In this document: piece by piece, positions 1 to 8,006 of the stretch
Layout: every line of letters starts with the position of its first letter
Numbering within the stretch: position 1 is the first letter of the stretch
Source of the DNA: Kineococcus radiotolerans SRS30216 = ATCC BAA-149
Lineage (GTDB): Bacteria; Actinomycetota; Actinomycetes; Actinomycetales; Kineococcaceae
Reading direction: 5' to 3'
Assembly (NCBI RefSeq): GCF_000017305.1
Contig: NC_009664.2
Span: forward strand, 210,001 to 242,000
Length of the DNA: 32,000 bases
Made by a program: the position numbers and the translations under genes
Notes under the pieces: generated by a model
What the model was told of the DNA's origin: nothing
Seen by the model: only the letters and a program-made list of their open reading frames with translations
The model's database searches: none

Positions 1-1749
1 CTCCTGCACGGGCACCCGGGCCAGGCTCGCGGCGGTGCCGGCCAGCTCCCGCAGACCCGCGTCGATGTCGCGGGTGCCTTCGACGAGCCCGTCGGTGTAC
101 AGCACCAGGCTCTCCCCGGCGGCGAGCACCGCTTCGGCGACGGCGCAGCTGCCCGGCGAGGGGTACCCGATCCCCCGCCCCTCCGCGGTGATCTCGCGCG
201 CGCCGTCGGCGCCGACGAGGATCGCCGGCGGGTGCCCGCCCCCGGCCAGGCGCAGCCGGCCGCTCGCCGGGTCCAGGACGGCGATGAGCACGGTGGCCAT
301 CAGCTCCGGGTGCGTGACCTCCAGCACCGCCGCGGCCCGGGCGACCAGCTCACCCAGCGGGCACCCGGCGACGGCGAGGGTCCGCACCGTGGTGGTCACC
401 GCCAGCGCCTCGCCGGTGGCGGCGGTGCCCCGGCCCATCGCGTCGACCACGATGAGCAGGACCTCGCCCGAGGGCAGCCGCAGCCAGTCGTAGAGGTCCC
501 CGCCGGCCGGCGCGCTGGCCGCCGGCTCGTAGGCCACCGCCGCCTCCAGACCCGCCACGCGCAGCGCCGGGGGCCGCACCGCGGCCGACAGCGCCGCGAC
601 GTCCTCGCGCTGAGCGCGTTCGCGCGCGGTCGAGTCGACCAAGGCGCGTTCGGCGTCCTGCGCGCGAACGGTGCTGGACAGGTCCCGCAGGGTGACGACG
701 GCCCGTACCCGGTCGTCGCGACCCTCGCCGAGGTGACCGCCGGGCACGGGCGCGACCGTGATGGCCACCGGGGTGCAGCGGTCGCCGCGGCGGACGCTGC
801 CGCGCCGGGTCGAGACGTGCCCCCCGGCCGCCCGCGCCGGGCCGGGCACGTAGCCGTCCACCAGCTCCTCCAGCCGACGGCCGGTCACGGGAGCGGCGTC
901 GCGCGCTCCCCCGGGCAGGGGGTCCCGGGCCGGGGGGACCGGAGCCAGCAGCTGCAGCGCGGCCGGGTTGGCCTCCAGCACGCGGCCCTGCTCGTCCAGG
1001 GCCACGATGCCGTCAGCCACCGTGCCCACGATGAGGCGGCTGCGGGCGCCGAGCTCGCTCAGGCGGCCCCGGACCAGCTCGTCGGCTCGCCAGGAGGCGA
1101 CGCCGACGGCCGCGGCGAGGGCCAGCAGCCCGCCGTGGACCAGGGCCCACCGCCACGGGTGCTCCTGCGCGGCGGGGTGGTTGAAGATGGGGTGCCCCGG
1201 CGCGGAAGCGAGCACGCCGTGGTGCAGCACGACGAAGCCGATGGCCGTCAGGAACGGCGCCCACGTCTGGTAGGCGGCGCCGGCGCCGACGGCGACGAAG
1301 AAGAGGAAGTGCGCCTCGGTCAGCCCGTGGCTGAGGTGCACCGCCACCGCCGAGGCGGTCATGAGGGCCAGCATCACCGCGGACGAGGCCGCTTCCCGCC
1401 TCCACCGCCGGCTGCCCGCGCCGGCGCCCACGTCGACGCCGCCCGCGCCGGCGTCGGCGTCGGCGCCCGGGCGGGATCCGAGGCCGATGGTGGCCAGGCT
1501 GCCCAGCAGCGCGGCCGCGGCGATGGGCAGGCAGTCCAGCAGGGCGTGCCCCACGCCCTGGGCGACGGTCGCCCACCCGAAGGTCGCCAGGCAGACCAGC
1601 CAGGTCGCGATCAGGAAGCTGCGGTGGCGCGTCATCCAGACGTCGTCGGGCAGGGGGGTGCCGTGCGGCAGCAGCCGGCCCCGCTCCCGGCGGACGTGCG
1701 TCCGGCGATCCCGTTCGTGCGCCGTCGCCTCGACGGTCGTGACGTGCAC
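1..1749 (-). CDS. Membrane-anchored sensor PP2C-family (SpoIIE/RsbU-like) serine phosphatase. The C-terminus runs off the left edge of the window.
   Basis: This ORF is absent from the supplied track because it has no stop inside the window. I translated the minus strand by hand from the GTG at 1749, which is in frame with position 1 (583 codons). The N-terminus is hydrophobic and His-rich (WLVCLATFGW, HFLFFVAVGAGAAYQTW, FVVLHHGVL). A PAS-like segment follows (GTVADGIVALDEQGRVLEANPAA). PP2C motifs are GGDLYDW, VVDAMGRGTAA and LVLYTDGLVEG. GC3 is very high in this frame. An alternative ATG start lies at 1635. Confidence 0.8.
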   Translation of the reverse strand, partial: MHVTTVEATAHERDRRTHVRRERGRLLPHGTPLPDDVWMTRHRSFLIATWLVCLATFGWATVAQGVGHALLDCLPIAAAALLGSLATIGLGSRPGADADAGAGGVDVGAGAGSRRWRREAASSAVMLALMTASAVAVHLSHGLTEAHFLFFVAVGAGAAYQTWAPFLTAIGFVVLHHGVLASAPGHPIFNHPAAQEHPWRWALVHGGLLALAAAVGVASWRADELVRGRLSELGARSRLIVGTVADGIVALDEQGRVLEANPAALQLLAPVPPARDPLPGGARDAAPVTGRRLEELVDGYVPGPARAAGGHVSTRRGSVRRGDRCTPVAITVAPVPGGHLGEGRDDRVRAVVTLRDLSSTVRAQDAERALVDSTARERAQREDVAALSAAVRPPALRVAGLEAAVAYEPAASAPAGGDLYDWLRLPSGEVLLIVVDAMGRGTAATGEALAVTTTVRTLAVAGCPLGELVARAAAVLEVTHPELMATVLIAVLDPASGRLRLAGGGHPPAILVGADGAREITAEGRGIGYPSPGSCAVAEAVLAAGESLVLYTDGLVEGTRDIDAGLRELAGTAASLARVPVQE

Positions 1750-1866
1750 GTCTCAGCCCTCCGGGTGCGGTGGGAGTGGACCCTCCCCCACCGCCTCATC
1801 GGCAGGTCCCGCCCACACCTTGATAGCCCGGCCCGGTGAGCCCCGGTGAGCCCCGGTGCCGCCCGG

Positions 1867-1893
1867 CCCGGCCCGCGGACGGCGGGGCCGGGC
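1867..1893 (-). terminator. GC-rich hairpin immediately after the GGDEF gene stop; candidate intrinsic terminator or attenuator
   Basis: cccggcccgc (1867-1876) pairs with gcggggccggg (1882-1892), with one bulged G and a 5-nt loop ggacg. It abuts the stop codon (tca, 1894-1896). There is no U-tract, which is common in high-GC actinobacteria. Confidence 0.3.
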
Positions 1894-3570
1894 TCAGCGG
1901 GCGACGAGGCGGTCGCGGCCCCCGCGCTTGGCCGTGTACAGGCGCCGGTCGGCGGCGGCGAGGAGCTCCGCGAGGGAGGCGCCCCCCTCGCGCGTCGAGG
2001 TCAGGCCCGCGCTGGCCGTCACGCGCAACCCCGGGGCCACCTCGTCCCAGTCGTGCTGCCGGACGGCCTGCAGCACGGCCCGCACCCGGTCCCGGGCCCC
2101 CCGGGCGTCCTGGCCGGGCAGGAGCAGGACGAACTCCTCCCCGCCGATGCGCGCCACCACGTCGCCCCCGGCGCCCGTGGCCGCGAGGAGGCGCCCGAAC
2201 CGCTGCAGGACGGCGTCACCGACCTGGTGGGAGCGGGTGTCGTTGATGCGCTTGAAGTGGTCGATGTCCAGGAGGGCCAGCGAGGAGGACGCGCCGACGG
2301 CGGAGGCCGCGGACAGCACCGCCGGGGCCACCTGCTCCAGGTGGCGGCGGTTGAACAGCCCCGTGAGGTGGTCCCGTTCCGCCAGCTCCTGGAACCGGTC
2401 GCTCGCGCGACGGGCTTCGACCGTCTCGTAGACGGCGGCCAGGACGCGCGCGCGGGCGTCCTTGCGCTCGGAGAGCCGCTCCATCTCCAGGACGTGGAAG
2501 CGCCGGTACAGCTCGTACGCCGCCCGGAAGTCCCCACCGGTCGCGGCCAGCTCCGAGCGCTCCAGCACCAGGGCGGTGCGCACCTCCCCCAGGTCCCGCT
2601 GCTCGCACTGCGCCTCGGCCGCGTCCAGGCTGCGGGCGGCCTCCCGCAGCTGCCCGAGGTTGCGCTGGCAGACCGCGAGGTTGATCTGCAGGGTGGCGGT
2701 GTCGGCGGCGTCGGTGAGGCACCCGGCCTGCCCCATGGCCGCGAGGAGCGTCGCCTGCGCCGCGGACCAGTCCCCCACGCTCATGCTCACCTTGGCGACG
2801 GTGTCCCACGCGCCGGCGCTCAACGGGATGGCCAGCTCCGCGGAGGTCTGGACCAGCTCGCGCGCCAGCCGGGCCGCTTCCGCGGTGCGTCCCGCGGTCA
2901 GCTCCACGTAGGCGAGGTTGTTCAGCGTCCGCACCCGGGTGCGCGCGTCCCCGTCGGCCCGCGCGGCGGCGAGCAGCCGGGTGAACCGCTCGCGGGCCTG
3001 CTCGAAGGCCCCCAGCTGCAGCTGGGCGCCGCCCAGCGCCGTCTCGTGGTCGACGCCGACCCACGCGGGCACCCGGGGCCCCTGCGCGGGCACCGCGTCC
3101 AGGGCCGCGACGGCGGCGACGGCGTGCTCCAACGCCGACGCGGAGTCGCCGATGACCTCGTGGAAGGTGGCCAGCAGGCGGTGGGCCCGGGCCTGCACGT
3201 AGGCGTCGCCCGCCGACTCCCCCCAGGCCAGGGCCCGGCGGGCGACGAGGCCGAGCTGCGCGGTCCCACCGCGCCGGCCGTCGACGTCGGCGCCGACCAG
3301 CCGCGCCTGCCACAGCAGCCCGGCCTCGCCGGACACCTGCTCCCACGACGCCGCCCGCTGCGTCAGCGCGTCGAGCTGCGCGGCGGCGCCGTCGGCGTCC
3401 CGCCCGGCCAGGAACGCGACGTCGAACAACGCCGCCTGCAGGTCCTCGAACCCGGGCCGAGGTCCGGGGTCGGCGGTGGCCCGCGGCTGCGGCAGCCCCG
3501 GGACCGGGGGTTCGGCGGGGCGGGTGAGCGCGGTGCGCGGCAGGTCGGCGCAACGGCTCCCGCCGTTCAC
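1894..3570 (-). CDS. TPR-repeat sensor diguanylate cyclase (GGDEF domain)
   Basis: This is the C-terminal 558 aa of track ORF 1894..5187. The GGDEF domain shows DHLTGLFNRRHL, LALLDIDHFKRINDTRSHQVGDAVL, ARIGGEEFVLLLPG and RRLYTAKRGGRDRLV. Upstream are Ala/Leu-rich TPR-like repeats (LNNLAYVELTAGRTAEAARLARELV and similar). I chose the GTG at 3570 because the track ORF further upstream overlaps the EAL gene in another frame and reads as Arg/Gly/Pro junk. GTG 3570-3568 overlaps the EAL stop TGA 3569-3567 as GTGA. Confidence 0.85.
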   Translation of the reverse strand: MNGGSRCADLPRTALTRPAEPPVPGLPQPRATADPGPRPGFEDLQAALFDVAFLAGRDADGAAAQLDALTQRAASWEQVSGEAGLLWQARLVGADVDGRRGGTAQLGLVARRALAWGESAGDAYVQARAHRLLATFHEVIGDSASALEHAVAAVAALDAVPAQGPRVPAWVGVDHETALGGAQLQLGAFEQARERFTRLLAAARADGDARTRVRTLNNLAYVELTAGRTAEAARLARELVQTSAELAIPLSAGAWDTVAKVSMSVGDWSAAQATLLAAMGQAGCLTDAADTATLQINLAVCQRNLGQLREAARSLDAAEAQCEQRDLGEVRTALVLERSELAATGGDFRAAYELYRRFHVLEMERLSERKDARARVLAAVYETVEARRASDRFQELAERDHLTGLFNRRHLEQVAPAVLSAASAVGASSSLALLDIDHFKRINDTRSHQVGDAVLQRFGRLLAATGAGGDVVARIGGEEFVLLLPGQDARGARDRVRAVLQAVRQHDWDEVAPGLRVTASAGLTSTREGGASLAELLAAADRRLYTAKRGGRDRLVAR

Positions 3571-4895
3571 GGAGCCACCAGCCGCGCGCCCAGGGCCTGC
3601 GCGGTGCGGGGCGGGGAGAACAGGTAGCCCTGCGCGGTCGTGACGCCCAGGTCGGCGAGCATCCGGGCCTGCTCGGGCGTCTCCACCCCCTCGGCGACGA
3701 CCCCGCACCCCAGCTGCAGCCCCAGGCCGATCAGGGAGGACGTCAGCAGGTCGTCGCGCTCCGAGCGCCCCAGCGCGGCCACGAAGCAGCGGTCGATCTT
3801 TACCACGTCGGGCTGGAAGCGCTGCAGGTAGGCGTAGCTGGCGTAACCGGTGCCGAAGTCGTCCAGGGCCAGCCGCACCCCCCTCGCCCGGATCGCCGCC
3901 AGCGCGGCGTCCACCTGCGCGCCGGTGCCGGCCAGGGACGTCTCGGTCAGCTCCAGCGTCAGCGCCTGCGCGGGCAGACCGCTGACGAGCAGCGCGTCGG
4001 TGATCACGTCGACCACGTCCGGCTCGCCGAGCTGGCGTCCGGAGAGGTTGACCGCCACGTGCAGGTCGCGCGCCCCGCCACCGGCGCCGCCGCCCGTGGG
4101 CGGGGTGTCGCGCCACAGCGCCACCTGCGTGCACGCCAGCGTCAGCACCTGCCGTCCCAGCGGGACGATCAGACCGCTGGCCTCGGCCACCGGCAGGAAC
4201 GCCGCCGGGGCCAGCAGACCCCGCTGGGGGTGCTCCCAGCGCACCAGCGCCTCCACGCCCTCCCAGCGCCCGGTGGGCAGGTCCACCACCGGCTGGTAGT
4301 GCACCACCAGCTCCTGCGCGTCGATGCCGGCGCGCAGGGCGTGGCTCTCGTCCAGCACGTGGCGGGACCCCAGCCCGGCCGCGGCGTCGAGCCGGCGCAG
4401 CTCCAGCAGCTCCGCCACGCTGGTCGCCAGCGCGCTGAGGGCCTGCACGTCCGCCTCGGCGAAGTCGCGCGCCTCGCGGTCCATGACGCACAGCGCCCCC
4501 AGCGGCAGCCCGTCGCGGCCGATGATCGGGGCGCCGGCGTAGGCGCGGACCTGCTCCGGGCCGGTGACCATGGCGTTGTCGGCGAACCGCGCGTCGGTGC
4601 GGGCGTCGGGCACCACCAGCGTCCGCTCCTGCGCCACCGTCCAGGCGCAGAAGGACACGTCCCGCGACGTCTGCGGGGTCTCGTAGCCCAGGACCGCGCT
4701 CAGGTCGCGGGTGGAGGCGAACCACTGCCGGTCCTCGTCCACCAGGGAGATCGTGGCGGTGGGAGCGTCCAGCAGCCGCGCCGTCGCCGCCGCCAGGGCG
4801 TCGAGGGCCGCGTCGGCACCGGTGTCCAGCACCCGGTAGCTGCGCAACGACGCCAGCCGCTCGCCCTCGCGAGGGTGCAGAGGCGCTGCGGGCAC
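3567..4895 (-). CDS. GAF-EAL cyclic-di-GMP phosphodiesterase
   Basis: Track ORF 3567..4931. The N-terminal GAF reads ERLASLRSYRVLDTG...LLDAPTATISLVDEDRQWF...YAGAPII...GALCVMD. EAL motifs are YQPVVDL, VEALVRWEHP, ELTETSL, LDDFGTGYASYAYL, KIDRCFV, AEGVETPEQ and QGYLFSPP. I prefer the GTG at 4895 because GGAAGAGGAG lies 6 nt upstream. The track start at 4931 (GTG) is the alternative. Confidence 0.85.
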   Translation of the reverse strand: MPAAPLHPREGERLASLRSYRVLDTGADAALDALAAATARLLDAPTATISLVDEDRQWFASTRDLSAVLGYETPQTSRDVSFCAWTVAQERTLVVPDARTDARFADNAMVTGPEQVRAYAGAPIIGRDGLPLGALCVMDREARDFAEADVQALSALATSVAELLELRRLDAAAGLGSRHVLDESHALRAGIDAQELVVHYQPVVDLPTGRWEGVEALVRWEHPQRGLLAPAAFLPVAEASGLIVPLGRQVLTLACTQVALWRDTPPTGGGAGGGARDLHVAVNLSGRQLGEPDVVDVITDALLVSGLPAQALTLELTETSLAGTGAQVDAALAAIRARGVRLALDDFGTGYASYAYLQRFQPDVVKIDRCFVAALGRSERDDLLTSSLIGLGLQLGCGVVAEGVETPEQARMLADLGVTTAQGYLFSPPRTAQALGARLVAP

Positions 4896-5207
4896 GGTGG
4901 GCTCCTCTTCCCTCGCCCGCCGGCCGGCCACCCCGCGCGGGCTGCGCTCGGGTGGGCGGACGGGCGGTGGACGACATGCGGTCGGCTGGTGCTCGTCGGG
5001 ACGTGCGGGCGCCGCGAGGCGCCTGCCTCCAAGACCTCGGTGCCGGAACGGTCACCCTCGATCGCCCACCCGGGTGGTCGCGCCGCGTCCCCGGGGCGGG
5101 GTCCGTCCCCGGGCGCCGGAGCGGGCGGGGTGATCGGGGATGATGAGGCGCCCACCCGGGGCAGCTGGCACGACGCCAGACGACCACCTGGCGTCAGGAG
5201 GGACCAC

Positions 5208-8006
5208 GTGCCCAGCGGAGGAGACCACGTCCCCGGCCGGTCGCCCGGACCCCTGGCGGGCGGGCGACCCGACGGCGACGCCGCCGCGTCCTCCCCGGCG
5301 ACCGCGGTGGAGGCCGCCGCCCGGGCGCTGCGCGCCGACCCCGCCCGGCTCGCCGCCGCCCGCCGGCTGAGCCCCGGCGGGACCACCCTGCCCGGCCTGG
5401 ACCAGCTGGCCCACCTCGCCACCCAGCTCCTCGGTGCCCCCTCGGCGCAGATCTCCCTGCTCACCGACGTCGAGGCGATCGCCGGTGGGGTCGGGCCCCA
5501 GGCGGGGCGGGCCGGTGAGCAGGGGCCGCTCGGCCAGGCGCTGTGCTCGCTGACCGCCGCGTCGGGTGCTCCCCTGGCCATCGCCGACACCCGCGCCGAC
5601 CCCCGCGTCGCCGACCTGGACCCGGTCTCCTCCGGGGTGGTGGGGTCCTACCTGGGCATACCGCTCGCCGCCGGCGGGGGTGACGTGGTGGGTGCGGTGT
5701 GCGTGGGTGGCCCCGACCCCCGCGCGTGGAGCGAGCAGGACGTCGCCCTGCTGGAGCAGATCGGCGCCGCCGCCGCGGCCGAGCTGGAACTGGCCGCCCT
5801 CTCCGGCGAGCACGTCGCCGACCGGGCGCTGCTGCAGCTGACGGTCGACGCCGCGCAGCTGGGCACCTTCGACCTGGACCTCGTCACCGGGCGGCTGAGC
5901 ATGAACGAGCGGCTGCTGCAGCTGTCCGGGCTGACTCCGGAGACGTTCGACGGCACCCCTGAGGACGTGTACTCCCGCATCCACCCCGACGACCGCGAGG
6001 CCGCCGTCGCCGCGGTGAGGGCGGTCACCGCCGCCGGCGGGGTCTACGCCGCGGAGTACCGCATCCTCGACCCCGACGGCAGCACCCGCTGGCTCGCCGC
6101 CCGGGGCAGCACCCTGCCGGCCGGCGGCCCCGGGCCCGACGGGGCACCGGTGCGGCTGCTGGGCGTCGTCCACGACATCACCGCCGTGCGCGAGGGCGCG
6201 CAGCGCGTGGAGGAGATCCTGGACTCCATGGCCGTGGCCTACCTGGCCGTGGACGCGGGGTGGACGATCACCTACGCCAACGTCGAGGGCGAGCGGATCG
6301 CCGCCACCCCCCGCGAGGAGCTCATCGGCCGCAGCTTCTGGGAGGCCTTCCCCGCCACCGTCGGCACCGTCTTCGAGGACGGCTACCGCCGCGCCGTGAC
6401 CACCGGCGAGACGGTGACCTTCGACGCCTTCTACCCCGCCCCCCTGGACGTGTGGGTGGAGGTGCGCGCCGTGCCGGGGAACGGCGGGCTGGGCCTGTAC
6501 TTCCTCGACATCACCGCCCGCAAGACCGCCCAGCGGTCCGCCGAGGACGCGCGCCGGACCGCCGAGGCCGCCAACACCCGCCTGGCGCTGCTGGCCGCGA
6601 CCTCGCGGCAGATGTCGGAGACCCTCGAGGCCGAGCAGGCCGTGGCGCGCCTGGCCGAGCTGGTGGTCCCCGCCCTGGGCGACTGGTGCGTCATCAGCCT
6701 CCTCGACGACGACACCCCGGCCCGGACCTCGGCCTCCGCGCGCGCCGGCACCGCGGCCGGGCGCCCCGAGCGGCTGCGGCGGGGGCTGCACGACGCCGGG
6801 TCCTGGCACCACGACGAGAGGCTGCGCCCCCTGGTGGAGGAGTACGCCGCGCACCGCCTGGAGGAGCTGACCGACGCCGCCTTCGTGTGGCGGTCGCTGC
6901 GCCAGGCCCGCCCGGTCCTCGTCCCCGACGCCACCCGCGCCATCGGCGCCGTGCTGCGCCCGGACGGGCGGGTGCGCCCCCTGCTGGCCGAGCTCGCCCC
7001 CAGCTCCGCGGCGATCCTGCCGCTGCGCGGGCGCGGGCGCACCGTCGGGCTGATGACCCTCTTCGCCGGACCGGACCGCGCGCCCCTGGACGCCGAGGGG
7101 CTGACGGTGGCCGCCGAGGTCGCCGACCGCGCCGGCCTGGCCCTGGACTCCGCCCGCCTCTACCGCCAGCAGCGCGACCTGGCCGCCGCCTTCCAGCGCT
7201 CCCTGCTGAGCGAGCCGCCGGAGCCGGACCACGGGCAGATCGTCGTGCGCTACAGCCCCGCGGCCGAGGCCGCGCAGGTCGGGGGCGACTGGTACGACGC
7301 GTTCATGCAGCCGGGCGGGGCCACGGTGCTGGTCATCGGCGACGTCGTCGGCCACGACACCGAGGCCGCCGCGGCCATGAGCCAGGTCCGCACCATCGTG
7401 CGTTCCATGGGCGCCCTCGGCGACGAGTCCCCGGCGCGCGTCCTGGCCAAGACCGACCAGGCCATGGCCAACCTCATGATCTCCACCACCGCCACCGCCA
7501 TCGCCGCCCGCCTGGAGCAGAGCCTCGACGAGCGCGAGCGCGGGGTGACCCGGTTGCGCTGGTCCAACGCCGGGCACCCGCCGGCGATGGTCGTCCACCC
7601 CGACGGCAGCGTCCTGCCGCTGGTGAACCTGCACCCGGACCTGCTGCTGGGGGTGGTGCCCGGCACCGACCGCCGCGACACCGAGGTCGTCCTCGACCGC
7701 GGGTCCACCGTCCTCCTCTACACCGACGGCCTCGTGGAGCGCCGGGACCAGCCGCTGCAGGAGGGCCTGGAGGAGCTGCAGGCGGTGCTGGAGGACCTCG
7801 CCGCGCAGGACCACGACCTGGACACCCTCGTGGACCGCGTGCTGGCCCGGATGCTGCCGCCCACCCCGGAGGACGACGTGGCCGTCGTCGCGGTGCGCCT
7901 GCACCGCCAGGACCGGCCCCGCCCCGCCGAAGCCGGCCCGCAGAGGGTCCCGCCGCACGTGCCGCCGGAACCGGACGTCACGGGGCGGCGGCCCCGCCGG
8001 CGCTGA
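5208..8006 (+). CDS. Cytoplasmic GAF-PAS-PAS-GAF sensor fused to a PP2C (SpoIIE-like) serine phosphatase
   Basis: This is the downstream part of track ORF 4059..8006. GAF reads LLGAPSAQISLLTD...YLGIPLAA...GAVCVGG. PAS 1 reads FDLDLVTGRLSMNERLLQLSG...IHPDDREA...EYRILDPDGSTRWL...HDIT. PAS 2 reads LAVDAGWTITYANVEGERI...FLDITARK. A second GAF-like block reads GDWCVISLL...LPLRGRGRTVGLMTLF. PP2C motifs are GGDWYDAF, VIGDVVGHDTEAAAAM, WSNAGHPPAMV, LLYTDGLVERRD and DDVAVVAVRL. The GTG at 5208 is preceded by AGGAGGG (5196-5202). The GTG at 5130 is an alternative start. Confidence 0.85.
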   Translation: MPSGGDHVPGRSPGPLAGGRPDGDAAASSPATAVEAAARALRADPARLAAARRLSPGGTTLPGLDQLAHLATQLLGAPSAQISLLTDVEAIAGGVGPQAGRAGEQGPLGQALCSLTAASGAPLAIADTRADPRVADLDPVSSGVVGSYLGIPLAAGGGDVVGAVCVGGPDPRAWSEQDVALLEQIGAAAAAELELAALSGEHVADRALLQLTVDAAQLGTFDLDLVTGRLSMNERLLQLSGLTPETFDGTPEDVYSRIHPDDREAAVAAVRAVTAAGGVYAAEYRILDPDGSTRWLAARGSTLPAGGPGPDGAPVRLLGVVHDITAVREGAQRVEEILDSMAVAYLAVDAGWTITYANVEGERIAATPREELIGRSFWEAFPATVGTVFEDGYRRAVTTGETVTFDAFYPAPLDVWVEVRAVPGNGGLGLYFLDITARKTAQRSAEDARRTAEAANTRLALLAATSRQMSETLEAEQAVARLAELVVPALGDWCVISLLDDDTPARTSASARAGTAAGRPERLRRGLHDAGSWHHDERLRPLVEEYAAHRLEELTDAAFVWRSLRQARPVLVPDATRAIGAVLRPDGRVRPLLAELAPSSAAILPLRGRGRTVGLMTLFAGPDRAPLDAEGLTVAAEVADRAGLALDSARLYRQQRDLAAAFQRSLLSEPPEPDHGQIVVRYSPAAEAAQVGGDWYDAFMQPGGATVLVIGDVVGHDTEAAAAMSQVRTIVRSMGALGDESPARVLAKTDQAMANLMISTTATAIAARLEQSLDERERGVTRLRWSNAGHPPAMVVHPDGSVLPLVNLHPDLLLGVVPGTDRRDTEVVLDRGSTVLLYTDGLVERRDQPLQEGLEELQAVLEDLAAQDHDLDTLVDRVLARMLPPTPEDDVAVVAVRLHRQDRPRPAEAGPQRVPPHVPPEPDVTGRRPRRR

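Noticed and set aside
232-1839. A long plus-strand ORF (535 aa), together with other very long ORFs opposite or out of frame to the genes called here. Examples are 1846..3627 (+), 5052..7958 (-), 6260..8074 (+), 8371..9819 (+), 9585..11552 (+), 12479..14956 (+), 15817..16923 (-), 17417..19201 (-), 17767..19251 (+, upstream part), 20350..21738 (-), 23162..24325 (-) and 25326..26612 (+).
   Set aside because: These are shadow ORFs, typical of DNA above 70% GC, where stop codons are rare in every frame. Their translations are Arg/Gly/Pro/Ala-dominated with no family motifs. Each overlaps a frame that carries clear domain signatures and near-saturated GC3.
3571-5187. The N-terminal 539 aa of track ORF 1894..5187, which would make a 1097-aa GGDEF protein.
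   Set aside because: This stretch overlaps the GAF-EAL gene in a different frame and extends into the divergent intergenic region. Its sequence is Arg/Pro/Gly junk. A GTG with a GTGA stop-start overlap at 3570 gives a sensible TPR-GGDEF protein.
4059-5207. The upstream 383 codons of track ORF 4059..8006.
   Set aside because: This stretch is antisense to the EAL gene and shows no domain features. The homology-like sequence begins only after about 5300. An SD-preceded GTG lies at 5208.
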